A DNA stretch of 64,000 nt from Azolla caroliniana (GCA_043228905.1 JBHGNT010000007.1:2170001-2234000), one strand, 5' to 3'; counted from the first letter of the stretch, positions 39,763 to 53,638 are shown. Translations and numbers: made by a program. The notes: generated from the sequence alone by a model not told the origin.

Positions 39763-40137
39763 GACATGGAAATTAAATTTTTAGCATGTCATTTGACATG
39801 TATAATTTTTGGGCACCTTTCCCATGAAAAATGAAAATTGTAAGTTTATATGTCACTTGACATACATTTTTATTGGGTGTATGTTTTTGACGGGCAAAAT
39901 GGCCTTAGACGGGCATGACACCCGTCAAATTCCTGCCCTGGTTATGTTTATTTGTGCACTTTCTATAGTAATGAAATGTATAACAATGAAGCATCATATA
40001 GAACTTTCATTGTTAAAATTTGTATGTCTAATGACATGTTACTTTTTGCATTCTTGTGTCATATGACATACATCTTTAAAAAATGGCCGTCAAAAAACTT
40101 TTATACTAACCCGTCAAATTGAGGCCCTGTATTAACT

Positions 40138-40176
<39 letters not shown>

Positions 40177-41977
40177 ATGTGCATGATAACGGAAACAATG
40201 AAATTGAAGGTGAAGAAAAGTTATCTATTCCACCGACGACTCATCTTTTTTCTTATTCCAATATAGACATATATTCCAATATACAATCTATGTATACATA
40301 TACAAAAAAGCGAAAGGAATATAGATTGGAGAATTTATGGATTGGATATTGAGTTTCTTTCCGGGGGCATCGGACGTAGGACTAAAATAGTCATTGATTG
40401 CACGTGTGTCTCATTGTAAATTTATCTATGTGTATGTGCATGTTATTGTTAGTTTGTGTGTGTGTACTTGTTGTTATTAGTTGGTCCTCTTGGGGGCGAT
40501 CTTGATATTGAGCGCGTTCATTATCACAACTCTGTGGCCCCATTTCTTTGGCACCCAGAGTTAGATTCCTAGTGGTAACACGGAGGCCCATCAATGCGAT
40601 CAATATAATCAACACCCTCCACAATCCGCATCACTGGCTGCAAACAAAAATGTTGTATGCTTATGTAAAATAGAGAACCCAACCTTCAAAAGTTGGCTCA
40701 AGATCATGGCCATTCAGGCAGCCTCATGTTCATGTTTCAGTGATTGATATATATATATACACACACATATGGGTTTATATACATCATATATAACTTGTGT
40801 CTCAATGCTCTGTTTCTTTCATTGGTTACCAACATGTATACATATTCTTATCAGAAAAAACCAAAAAAATCTGCCACTTGATCAGTACTTGATACGACGA
40901 TGGAACAAATAATGAATGATCATAGATATGAATCTAAGAACCCTAACACCTATACACAGATACTTGTGTATGAAACCCACATTTGCGGAGCATTCCATCG
41001 ACCATAAGTATCTGTGTAATGTTTAGACCATGATAGCGATGCATGCAGATACCTTTGTCTTCATCAACAACGATTGCTTGATTTTTGAATCGTAGGTATT
41101 GATTGGGGTAGAGTAATTTGGGGGAATTAAGATATAACGCACTAGGTGTACATGTAATAATCATCTCTGGTACAAGGACAAGAGATGGGGTGCTCTGTCG
41201 CTCATTCTGCATGGAATCAATTGTCTCTGCAATGGCACTCTCGATATTCCATATTTGGCTGTGGATTCATATAAATAGCTCATTAAATTTGGGAACTGTG
41301 TGCGTATACCCTTAAAAAAAGCATCCCATCTACAGACAGAAATAATACAAAGAGACAGATTCTGCAATGGGGGATCTACGCTTAGATTCAAGAAGATCCT
41401 TGCCAATTTCGAGGATTGAAGGAAAGCATCTCGTCTTCGCATCAACAGGCGCAACAGAAATAAATCAGTGGTATGAAGCATCTTAATATTTTCTTCTGAT
41501 CAAAAGGTAACCAACTAGCTCTTTTGTTGACCTTTTGCTTCCTTTTTTTTGTATTGATTTGATTTGTCCAGCCGCCCAAGTGTGAGATCAGACAAGTGTC
41601 TGGTTCGCTCTACTCTTCCAAATGACTGACAATGAGGATTCATTTTTGTTTCATTTCTACGCATAATATTTGTCATTAAAGAGAATGCGTTGGACAAAAC
41701 CAAGAAGGACATGGTACATTCGTTGGAACGTGCCTCCTCATATTCAATTTCATCCTGTGGTGGACATACATATGTGTATCTTAGATTTATAAGATGTTTT
41801 ATATAACTCTTTGTGTATTTGTTCGAATGTATTCAAGCATATGTTCACTTCCCCAATTATATTATGATAATGGCAAAGCTGCAAATATTGTGATTTTGAA
41901 TCGGTTACAAAAGTTTACTAGGACTGTACAGTCTCTTCATGTCATCTACGAAGCTGCCATATCAGTAAGGGTGTAGT

Positions 41978-42339
41978 CATAGTTGTTAATAAACGCGTAT
42001 TCTACGTTTAGAGTACGTTTTAGAATACTTTGAAGTATTCTAAATGTATTCTACATTTTAGAACTGCCATTTTTTAAAATTTGACCTATTCTACGTATTC
42101 AACGTATTTAACAAGTATTTATCATTTCTAAAAATATTTTCTTTTTTTTGAAAAAAAAAACTTTCAATTTTAAGAAGTATTTAACGTATTTTACAAGTAT
42201 TCTACACGTATTCTAAGTATTTTACGTATTTAACGTACTTTATCTATAAATTACGCATTCTAAGTATTTTAAAAAAAAAGTTAGAATACTTAGAATACGT
42301 ATTGTACGCGTATTTTATGCTAATTATTTTACAACAATG
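41978..42339. mobile_element. hAT-type MITE
   Basis: TIRs CATAGTTGT / ACAACAATG. 8-bp TSD GGTGTAGT / GTTGTAGT. Many internal (C/A)GTATT motifs. Confidence 0.75.
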
Positions 42340-42369
42340 GTTGTAGTTAATATTTCGGGTGTGAAACTT

Positions 42370-44511
42370 TGTTTAAGCCCGAAGAAAGCTTGAGCGAAAT
42401 GTGGAGAAGTTTGAACATGTGCTTCCAAAACTTTGAGATGAATTGTGGACCATGATCACTAATAATATCATCCGGCAGACCATGATGCTTAAATACCTCC
42501 CGCATAACAAGATCAGCCGCCTCTTGACTAGTAATCGACTTTGTACATGGCAATAAATGTGCCATTTTGGTAAATTAATCAACCACTATGAGAATTGCAT
42601 CAAAACCTTTTGAAACTGGGAGATCAGTAATGAAGTCCAAGGATATAGACTTCCAAGGAGTTTTCGGAATGGGAAGTGGTTGTAGTATGCCATAGGATCG
42701 GTGACGAGGACTCTTTCATCGACAACATATATCACAGCTCCGAACATACTCCTCAACAAAATGACAAAGGCGAGGCCACCAATAGCGTCGAGAAATTAAT
42801 TCTAGATTCTTGCGAACTCCAAAATGACCAGCCATTGGTGAGTCATGACAATGTTGTAAAACTTGTCGTCGTGGGGGACCATCAGGAACATACAATAGAT
42901 TTTGTCGAAACAGAAAACCATCATGCCAATAGAACTGACGATAGTCATTAGGAGGATTTTTCGACCGTGAGCAAGAAGCACGATCCGGGACGATATGATC
43001 CAAAACATCCTTGGTGAAATCATCAGTGGCCATATGATCTCGAATGGAATCAAGAAGAGTGGAATTTTCAAGAGTTGTTATAGTGTTAACTAGGTACCAT
43101 TAATAGTAATCGATTTGGAACCAAAAGGATTTGTTTTTTATGCTCAAATGGAGGTTCCCCTGGATGAAGTTCCATATAAGAGTGCCGAGAAAGAGCATTT
43201 GCTTTGCCTTGCTGCATCCCAAGGCGATATATGATGATAAAGTTGAAGTCAATAAAAAATTGTGCCCACCGACCGAGCTTGTCGCCAAGTCAAAACTTGA
43301 GCATTTTGGAAATAAGTTATGTTCTTATGATCATTGTAGACAATGATCTGTTGAGAAGAACCTTCTAGAAAATGTTGCCATTGTTGAAATGAATCCACAA
43401 GTGCAAGAAGCTCTTTGTCATGGATCTCGTAATTGATCGTTGCAACTTCAAACTTTCGTGAATGAAAGGCGATAGGGTGTAGCTGTCCATCATGTCCAGT
43501 CTGCGAGAGGACACTCCCTAATGCAAAATCGGATGCATCGGCTTCGAGGATGAAGCGTTTTGTTGGGTCGACATGTGCTAAGATAGGTGCCGTTGTAAAT
43601 GCTCGTTTTAAGCTTTCGAATGCCTCGGCTGCATTTGAACTCCATGTAAATGGCTGATCTAGAATGCCGAATGAATCCGTTTGCCGAATGAATCCGTTTA
43701 CCAGATTCTCATCAATATATTCCCGCAAAGTCTCTAGCTCTATAGGGGAGAGATTATAAATTGGGCCCCATGGAGGTTCTTTCCTTGGTTGTAAGTCAAT
43801 AGGGCAGTCGTATGGCCGATGCTCTGACAATGTATTGGCCTTCACCTTATCAAAGACATCTGAAAACTCCTTGTATTTCTCTAGTAATTTAATGTCCGCT
43901 TCATGTGAAGTGGATGATGGAGTTGTTACTATTGTGAAGACAAACATGGCCTCGTTCCCCCCTTCCTCCCACAACTGTCGTAAAGACATGGTCGATAACT
44001 CTGGGGATCTATTATCACATATAGGAGAGAGGGATGCGGAGTTTGTGCTTTTTTCCCAGGTCTCCTCAATTGTTCTTTTCATCCAATCAATCTTTGAGTT
44101 ATGGAGTTCAAACCAAGGGAGACCTAGAACTATTGGGTGTTCTGGACTACGAATAATGTTGAAAGAGAATTATTATATTGAAGAGTAAAATGGATTACAA
44201 AGAGTAGGCTACAAAATGGCGATGAACCAATTTAGGTTTGGGATGAGTGGTAGATCCCTATTTATAAGTAATAGAGAACACTCTAGAATATTCTAGGTTA
44301 TCCTAGAATGTAGAGTAATCTAGAAGATCTCTAGAGTATTCTACAAGGTTCTAGTGGTATAGAATACTTTAGAATATTCTAGGTCATTCTAGAATGTAGA
44401 CTAATATAGAATATTCCTATGATATTAGATTTCATATTCTAAAAACTATACATATAAGAATATTAATACAATGGTTAAGGATTTGAGACTCAAATCCTTT
44501 TGAGTGATTGT
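42370..44511 (-). mobile_element. Deleted chromovirus remnant H (partial LTR 44165-44511, protease stub, RNase H, integrase; gag and RT core missing)
   Basis: [10 protein letters not shown]...GFIR joined directly to FTWS...[10 protein letters not shown]. Integrase pieces HDSPMAGHFG and SDHGPQF. TCTAGA-rich LTR piece. Confidence 0.82.
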
Positions 44512-44607
44512 TGTTAGGAAACAAGTCCCTCCGGATGGGAAGTGAGAAGAACAATGTCGATGAGCAAACTTGGCCGAGGCCGAAACTGGATGACGAGTAC
44601 CCGGCTA
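44512..44607 (+). repeat. 5' part of a D-family copia LTR, split by the Penelope-like insertion
   Basis: TGTTAGGA...GTCCCTCCGGATGGGAAG...GGCCGAAAC matches the reverse complement of 13520-13614. Confidence 0.85.
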
Positions 44608-46434
44608 AAGATCATGAAGAAATTAACAATAGCATGCATAAGGACTTTCTAACCCTCAGTAATCAATATAATAAAGATCTAACAAGTACTTATATTAAAC
44701 ATTTAGACTTACTAGTGCACTCCTATACTAAAACCCTAAATAATTTCCCTAATACCGTTAGATCAGATCTACATAACTTTGCTAACATCCTTCAAGAACC
44801 CCAACATTTTGAGGATGTATCATCATATGTTGAGCCGGCTTATTTTCAAGAAACGATTAATACGTTACTACAAGATTTCGGCTCTAAAATCCTAAAAATG
44901 TGTGACGATTTCGCACTAAATCACAACATTGATGATACACTTAAGAGAACGGCCACGGAACTTAGAGATAAAACAAGAGCACAAAATAGATATGAAAACC
45001 CTAATATTAGAGATATAGACATTACAATGTATGAAGGGGAAAAAGAAAATGATAATGAAATGTTTTATGACAGTCCCTCGTACATTGCTCCCGTAGAAGC
45101 CGAGATAAATAACACTAAAAATTTTGTCCCCCATACTATTAACCTAAATAAAAATTCTAATCACACACCCACACCCAACCCCAAAAAGAATCTAAACTTT
45201 ACCCTAAACCCTAATCCAGAACCTAAGTCTAACCCAAACACTAACTCTAATTCCAAAAATACCACTAACCCTTTTCCTAACTCTCACCCTAACCCAAACC
45301 ACCGCTCCAATAATAACTCCAAACAAGCGCAACGTCCTCGTCATCGAGCATCTAACCTCCTTTTCACCTGCAACACCGCAACTAATGAGGTTAAACAAGC
45401 ATTTAAACCTTATCCCAACCATGGAGGGCCTCAAGTTCTTTTTCATAACCCAAACTTTGCCAATAATGAACCGCACCATTCTCGTTCACCACAAGCTTTC
45501 GCAACGATAGGCCTCAGTCATCTCCCCGCTCATATAAGTCCTCCGGCTCCTAACACCGTCCCCGAGCTCCATCCACCATACTATCGTCAACCGCACCTGC
45601 CAAACATTTCAAGACAACAATTTCACCACTCCGTTACGAATCAAAGCCGCCTCCGCCCCTTCTCCGCCGTACACATGGTACGCCCTACAATAATTGGACA
45701 TCACATAAACGTGATCCACTGCACATTAACCAGCAACATGCCGTGGTTGATCGTGGCCTCTTTCATCAATCGTTCCCCCCCCCCCCCTATTGTAAACGAG
45801 TATGGGACTGTGTTGGACAGCCATCTTGTGCACCCTTCCCCCTCCCTACATGGTGCGTTGTTTGGGACTGCGCAAGTCAGCCAACACACATTCGCGCCGC
45901 CCCTCCTTCCAACCCCTCATCCATGCTCACTACAACCTCCCCTCTCACGTTTTCAGAACCCTAATTACTCCCATTTCTCTGTTCCCTCCTCACATCCCCC
46001 TTTGTCTTCATATGGAGGCAGCCTCTACGAACAAATGCCTCCTCCCCTCCCCTCTCCCTCTCAATTATTTCCATATCTCATACATGCCCCTACATTACTT
46101 CCCGATAATCTAACTCATGCCCCCCCCTATTTTGCCCCTAATTCACATACTACCCCTCCCCCTCCTTTATCTAATTTTCATTCGCCCTCCCCCACTTTTT
46201 TTTACCCCATTTGTTGAAACCCCCCCCTCTAACTCATACTCTACCCCTCCCTCGTATCTTAATAAACCTCCTTCTTATTATCCCCTCTCTAATATAAAAA
46301 CCCCCTTCACCCACCACACCACCCCTCCCTCCTATCCTAATCATAAACATTATAGAAATACACCACACTCCACTAATCCTCCCCCTACCACACACCATAG
46401 GAACCCACCTTCTAGCCGACCAAAAAACAACTAG
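44608..46434 (+). pseudogene. PLE ORF1 (5' truncated; helical N-part, Asn/Pro/His-rich C-part)
   Basis: ORFs 44508-46217 and 46117-46434 overlap. No recognisable catalytic motif. Confidence 0.6.
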
Positions 46435-48397
46435 CACGGCGTGCTAAGCGTGTTAACAAACACTTTAGACACGCCGTGCATCCTTGTAGACGCCTATTTT
46501 ATCTTCTTAATAGGACCACCTCCACCCCAGACACTTTTATGTGGCTAGGTAATACAAATACATCTTTCCCCTTCCGCCCACGCCATAAAAAATCCAATAG
46601 TAATAGACCACGAAAAAAGTTTTGGAAACCACTTAGTGCTACCCTTCAAATAGAAAGTAAAATTCACAATTTATCTAAACACCCCCTCACAAATAATGAA
46701 ACACAATTGCTAAGCTTAGGACTCAAATACATTCCACCATCGTCTCTACCTTCCATACTATCATTAAACAATTTGCTAGTTTAAGTAGATCTTTACGTTT
46801 AAAACATTTCTTTAGAGACATGGACTCACCCCCCCTTAATCCATTTAAACTACCAAATCCTAACTGGAATCCACCATCTCAATATCCCCCTCTTGAAAAT
46901 ATTATTAAAAAACACGAAACCCTCCTTTTGTCTAAACTCCAACAACCTAAACCCAAACCCGTTAGGACACCATTTCACCTTCGCACAGCCCTTAAGAGCC
47001 TTAGGAAAAACAACCAAATTATCGTTCTTCCGGCTGATAAGAACATGGGAGTATGTGTTCTAGACAAAGATACCTATTATGAAAAAGCTATAAACCACCT
47101 CTCGGATACCACCACCTATAGAAAAGTAACCCATTTTCCATTAGAAGAACTCTTATATCGCCTAAATAGTATAGTGCAAAAAAATCTAGGGACACTTTCC
47201 TTTATCGAAGCTAATTACATACTCCATAAACCCGTAAAGGGATATCAAGTATCTAATATTTACTTTCTCCCTAAACTCCATAAAACACCCATTAGCTTTA
47301 GACCCATCTGTTCTTATAATAACTTGATATTCGAGCAAACCTCAAAATGGCTACATTTTCAACTATTACCCATCCTAGTACTCCAAAAACAATACCTAAA
47401 AGACTCACACTCACTCATCCAGAAACTAGAACAACTAACCCCCCCTCCTAACAATTTCATCTTCTCTTTTGATGTAGAATCCCTTTATCCTAGCATCCCC
47501 CCTAAGTTAGGACTCAAAGCACTTCGCCATATCATCTCTCCCCATTTTTCCTTAGCCAAGACCAATCTTATCTATACCCTTAGCGCTCTAACCCTAGAGT
47601 ATCACTATCTAACCTTCGATAATCAAGTATACTAACAAATCAAAGGAATGGCCATGGGTAGCAACTTCTCAGTTGTCTATGCATGCCTTTTCTTATCACA
47701 CCTAGAAAACTCACAAACCACACCCCATCTCTTCTATTTTACTAGGTACATAGATGATGCATTCGGGGTTTGGACAGGTACGAAACCCCAACTCTTAGAC
47801 TACCTCAGTTTCTATAGCCTTATGACCAATAACTCTATTAAACTTACGATCCATACATCCCCCACTAGGTTCCCTTTCTTGGATATTTGGATCAATCTAG
47901 AGAACTCTAAGTTCTCTTTCAATTGTTTCCAAAAACCATTAAATTCCTATCAATATCTTCCATTCTCCTCAGACCATCCCATACACGTCAAACAAAATTT
48001 TATTTCGAATGAATTAAAACGCTACCTAGTTAGAGAAAGCACACCTATAGGGTACCTAGAAATGAAAAAATGTTTCTTCCTTAGACTCATTAGCCGAGGT
48101 TACCCACCAAATTTCATCCTTAAAGCCTTTAATAAACATCCTTTCTCCCTTAGGAATACTCTCATCCATAAGCATAAAAACAAATCTTCCCTTACATCTA
48201 CCATATTCAAGCTTAGGTACACTAAAAACTCCCCTAAATTAGGTATCCACTCGTTTTTAAAAGACTTACACGCCGACCTTAGCCTAGATCCCCAACTAAA
48301 AAACATTCCTAAGCCCTTCATATGTTGGACCAAGTCCAAATCACTCTATTCTTATCTAGTCAAAACTAAATATATTAGATCCCCAAATCCCCATTAA
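46425..48397 (+). pseudogene. PLE reverse transcriptase with no GIY-YIG domain
   Basis: IHNLS, LSLGLKYIP, PADKNMG, LPKLHK..FRPI, FDVESLY, GMAMGS, RYIDD, FLDI, KP.N..QYL...S.HP. Frameshift near 46780 and a stop at 47633. Confidence 0.9.
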
Positions 48398-48624
48398 AAC
48401 ATCACACTTACTATTGCTATCATTCTACTAGAACTAAATATAATAGATCCCCAAATCATCCCTTACCATCAAACTCATTAAGCTATCCCTCTCTACATTC
48501 ACTACCTCCCTAACTCCCACATCCTCCTTTATACACATTCAAATCCCCTCTCATCCATCCCCACCACTCCCCTTCACTCTTCTTGCATCTTCCCTTATAT
48601 AAGCCTCTCACATTTTTTGTATAT

Positions 48625-48677
48625 GGTCTTTAGCACTGATGAGCTCATATAGAGCGAAACATGTTTGCCAAAAGACC
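48625..48677 (+). ncRNA. Type I minimal hammerhead ribozyme
   Basis: GGTCTTTAGCA-CTGATGA-GCTC(ATATA)GAGC-GAAA-CATGTT-TGCCAAAAGACC: core boxes, stem II, palindromic mini stem III and stem I. Confidence 0.88.
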
Positions 48678-48689
48678 TTTTCTTACATA

Positions 48690-51600
48690 AATTGAAATTT
48701 GAATTCTATGGGCCTTCTCCATACGAACCCCTATCGGATGACATAATCCGATATTCTTCCCAAGGAGAAGTATTTCTTGTAGGAGACTTCAATGCGAGAA
48801 CCCAATCCCGACAATGCACAGTATTTCAGATGAATAGAAACCTAGAAATGGTAAATGTTGATCCTTTAGACATAGGCACCACACGTAGATCAAAGGATCA
48901 AGGTGCGGACGCCACGAGCTTTGGCCATCATCTGCGCGAACTTGGCAGTCGGCACCAGATGGTCATATATAATGGTTTAGCTAAGTGGTCGGGCTCGGAA
49001 GAGCTCACATGTTTCCCACATGGAGGAGGGGAAAGCACAGTTGACTATCTAATAGGGCGCCCGGAAGCTACCCACATGATTAACTCCTTCCGAGTGGCCC
49101 CATGCCCTATTGGCGCAGACCATAGCTTCTTATACTTCGAGCTAAAATGTGATATCTCTAAGGTCACCAAGTCTAGTCAACCATGCCATCACACTACAAT
49201 ACATTTCATACATGAGCTCTCTGACATATACTCTCAACATGTTCAGGCCCATCTCCCCTCCATTGATCCTCTCTACCGTTAGAAAGCCTTAGTACAAAAC
49301 TCACACACATCCTTCACTCCGCAGCAGCTAGCAGTTTCCCATATACAAAACACTCAAATCAAGGTAGATCAGGATCAATGCCACAAAATAAATGGTATGA
49401 CGAGGATTGTAGGGACCTACATAGACAACTTACAGTATCGCAACTCAATGGTAGTATTACCTCCACACAAGCTCGCAAAGAAATGCGTAAGATGACACGT
49501 CGTAAGAGACGAGCGTGGGAGGCATCCCAATACTCGGAACTCTACCATATGCTCATGAGTAGCGATTGCGCCACGGCATGGAAGAGACTACGGGAGCCAA
49601 GACCACAAACACCCATCGAAGATCCCGAAACTTGGCACACATATACAGAGAGACTTTACCAAATCCCAAACCAACCACCTTTTCCAATGCCTTCCACACC
49701 CCGGCCTACCACGGGGACACTCTTCACGACCTCTAGAGTCATGAAGGTCATAAAGAAATTACAACATAGGAAGTCCATGGACCACACAGGATTGCGAGCA
49801 GAACACATTATATATGCGAGAGAGTGCCTAGCTCCCTTGCTAACTCTAATCTTCAATCGTGCCCTTGCGGAGGGTTTTCCACCACAGTGGACTATGAATA
49901 CAGTGACCCCCATACATAAAGGGGGGGACCCCATGGACCCAAATACATATAGGACCATTATGATAGGCCATACCCTTGCTAAGTTATATGGTGCAGTAAT
50001 GGAAGCAGAGCTTAGCGACTACATGGAGACCCTAAACCTTCGTGCACCTGAACAAGCTGGCTTTAGACGAGCCTTCTCCACTATTGATCACATCTTCACA
50101 CTTAGATGCCTAATTGACCAAACTAGGGCTCGCAAAAAGAGATTATATTGTTGCTTTGTGGACTTCCGCAAAGCCTTTGACACAGTCCCTAGAGATCGGT
50201 TGTCTGATAGACTTAAAAGCTTGAGGATACCAGATGATATGGTATGGGCCATCTACGCACTATATGAACAAGTGTCCGGGTGTATCCGATGCCCAGGTGG
50301 CCTATCCAATCGTTTCACTAGCACTATTGGTGTAAAACAAGGTTGCCCCCTATCACCAACGCTTTTTGGGATCTACATTGATGAGATCACAGATTTTATT
50401 GCTCGTGAGGGAGGCACCGGAGTGGTCCTTGGGGATACGTAGGTTCGTATCTTGCTCTATGCGGATGACATAGTTTTGCTCTCTGAATCCGAACACGACC
50501 TACAGAGGCACCTCAATGCCTTAGATGACTTTTGTGTACAACGAGGATTGGTAGTGAATCTAGGGAAAACGAAAGTCCTTATCTTCCACACATCGGCCCA
50601 AGTTAGAGCTAAGTGTCACCTAACTATCTCCCATAGCCCAGTCGAGGTGGTTGGATCGTACGTATATCTCGGAGTCACTTTTAGTGCCCGCTCAGGTAAA
50701 TTTTCGATGACACAGGCAGCGAAGGATAGACTCACGAGAGGACATGCATCCCTCTCACTCCTAGAGAGACAATGCCACCAAGCACACTTTCAAGAGCCAT
50801 GGACTAAAGGGTGGCTCTTTGACTCATTAGTGACCCCCTCCCTCATGTATGCATCAGCGGTTTGGGCTCCAGGATTACCATCCTTCATGTGGACGCAATT
50901 AGAGAGACCATTGGTGATGATGCTATCACGCCAACTCCGAAGCAAATCGACTGTACCACATGACATTATTAGGGCCGAGTTCACGTTACCCCCAATGCTA
51001 GTAGAGGCACTTTTTCAACTTGTAGTCTTTATTGATAGGATACATAGCCAACCACATGATAGAATATCTCATCAAGCCTTTAAGGCCTCTCGATCATTGT
51101 ATGAGTCCGGCTATACTAGCTCATGGTATGGCATGATGGTGACTTGGCTTCTTGTGAATGGTCTAGACATTAATAACCTACCTCCCCTTAGGTACAACCA
51201 CACGAGTGATAACACCTTAATCTCTCATGAGAACCGCAATAAAGTAATACGCCAAGAAATATGGCAAATTTACACTCGGTGTAAATGGATCACCCCACTA
51301 GAGCCACTCCCATCTAAAATGTCGTACTATAAGAAACACTTCATGCACTTCTCTGAGTTAGGTTTTATCACGCGGCCAAAATATCTAGATGTATTCTTAC
51401 CACATGCACTAAGGGTTGCCATTGGACAACTTAGAATATCATCTCACCAACTTGAGATTGAAAATGGCCGTACTAGTGGAGTACCTAGGGAGGAAAGGAT
51501 ATGTAGGTTATGTCACATAGAGATAGAGGACGAGTACTACTTTACATGCAAGTGTCCAACCTATGCCGAGATAAGGGCAAAATACCAAGACATACTTGGT

Positions 51601-52014
51601 CCGTCTCCCACCCTCCCCAAACTATTAGATACTCTAGATATAAAGAAATTAGGCAAATACATTCTAGAGCTAAAACAACACAGAGAGAATAAATTACAAA
51701 ATGTTGACAATAATGTTGCTAATGATCACGAACATGTAACAAATGCAGTTTTTCAGGAACCTGAGGAGACAACGAATGCCGACACACTTGCACCACTCGG
51801 CCTTTCCATTGATGAGGCAGAAAACCAGAGAAGAACCAGACGTCCTCGGGTGCCGGGTTTCAAAGCAACTCAACGTGATGTGGAAGCAATATTGAAAATA
51901 CGGGAACGTGAGCTACACCGCCTAGAAGCCATGGCTAGGGCACTCTCTACATTGGAACCCACATCAAGACCCTTTGACCCCCCACTTCTTTTCAAGAGGC
52001 TTGGGTGGAAATAA
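48690..52014 (+). pseudogene. LINE ORF2 (APE-RT-zinc finger)
   Basis: VGDFNART, STVDY, ADH; QAGFR, FVDFRKAFDTV, GVKQGCPLSPTLF, LLYADD; LRISSHQLEIENGR...RICRLC...EDE. One frameshift near 49280 and one stop at 50440. Confidence 0.9.
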
Positions 52015-52240
52015 AATTAGGCTTAGTGTATAGTCACTTTCGAGTATACTACATATTGTACACTACTAGAACTCTTTTAGTTTAAGTTCTATTTTTTTTT
52101 TTACTTAATTTTATTTTTAGTTATGATGACTGGATAAACACTCTACTGTTGTAAACCAATTGTCTCATGGGCCAAATTTGGCCTTAGAAGACGTTAATAC
52201 ATCTTTCTTTCTTTCTTTCTTTCTCTCTCTCTCTCTCTCT
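48690..52240 (+). mobile_element. 5'-truncated non-LTR retrotransposon (RTE-X-like LINE)
   Basis: APE endonuclease motifs, RT, C-terminal Cys motif, 3' UTR ending in (TCTT)n(CT)n. No TSD found. Confidence 0.85.
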
Positions 52241-52649
52241 CTCTTCTCCTCCCCTACTACTCTCTTTTATACTCTTCTCCTCCCCTACTCTCTTTTATGG
52301 GTGAAAGCATGCGAGTGGAAACAATTAGCTATGTCCTTGACATAGCTAATTAGCTATGCAAAAAGCTACCATTGATAAATAGTCATTTTAGTAAAAAGCC
52401 ATCATTAATAAATTAAGTATGCAAAAAACTACCATTGAAAATACTAGAGTGTTTTAATTACATATGTAAATGAGTGCCATAAATGTGCAACATAAATTGA
52501 TGTGTGCACCATAAATGTGTACCATAAATTATATATCGAATTCCTAGGTCCATTATGCATGATCCTTTGCCACATCACGTAGGCCATCTCTAGTTGAGTA
52601 CTGTGGGTTAGTTGCTACCACTGTTGCTAAACCCTATCGAGTCCACCTG

Positions 52650-53415
52650 CCGCCACTCTACACTGAGGGGCCGCTACTGTGCGTTCCAAGCATCATCAAA
52701 GAGCTGCTCAATCTGACGGGGTTCTCTTCTCTGTGACACTCTACACTCAGGGGCCACTACTGTGCATTCCAAGCATCATCAAAGAGCTGTTCAATCTGAC
52801 GGGGTTCTCTTCTCTGTGCCACTCTACACTCAGGGGCCATTACTGTGCGTTCCAAGCATCATCAAAGAGTTGTTCAATCTGAGGGGGTTCTCTTCTCTGT
52901 GCCACTCTACACTCAGGGGCCGCTGCTGTGCGTTCCAAGCATCATCAAAGAGCTGTTCAATCTGACGGGGTTCTCTTCTCTTTGCCACTCTACACTCAGG
53001 GGTTGCTACTATGCGTTCCAAGCATAATCAAAGAGCTATTCAATCTGACGGGGTTCTCTTCTCTTTTCCACTCTCACTCAGGGGCCGCTACTATGCGTTT
53101 CAAGCATCATTGGTAACTGTTCAATCTGACGGGGTTCTCTTCTCTTTTCCACTCTCACTCAGGGGCCGCTACTGTGCGTTTCAAGCATCATTGGTAACTG
53201 TTCAATCTGACGGGGTTCTCTTCTCTATGCCACTCTATTCTCAAGTGCCTTCTATGTGCGTTTCAAGCATCATCGGTAACTGTTCAATCTGACGGGATTC
53301 TCTCCTCCATTGCCATCATTCTATACTCAGTTGCCACTACTGTCCAGTCCCGGATTGCTTCCACATTTCGATTTGACGGAGTTCACTCATCCAACGGCAA
53401 CATTCTACACTCAGT
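52650..53415. repeat. 80-83-bp subterminal tandem repeat (about 9 copies, decaying rightwards)
   Basis: Unit CCACTCTACACTCAGGGGCC...TTCAATCTGACGGGGTTCTCTTCTC. ORF starts recur every 83 bp. Confidence 0.92.
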
Positions 53416-53638
53416 TGTTGCCATTGGTCGGTCTTGGATCGCCTCCTCAACTGTTGGATCCAACAGAGTGAAATCCTCTACTGTTCGGTCTTGGATTGCA
53501 ATAACTTTTCTGTCTATTGATTATCTTGTGTATTGTTGTGTCTAATCTTGTGTATTGTGTGGAATATTTTTGTGTATTGTTGTTGCCCATAGCCATCTTT
53601 AATACTTGTTTTTTTTTCTGGAAATTTAGGGTTTTAAC

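Noticed and set aside
44508-44607. N-terminus of the 569-aa ORF
   Set aside because: These codons are copia LTR sequence that happens to be in frame with the truncated PLE ORF1.
48665-48690. Start codon of LINE ORF2
   Set aside because: The TTG start lies in the hammerhead stem, and the endonuclease lacks its N-terminal motifs, so the LINE is 5' truncated.
52650-53415. CRISPR-like regular array
   Set aside because: Whole 80-83-bp units repeat with no unique spacers, and there are no cas genes. It is a subterminal tandem repeat.
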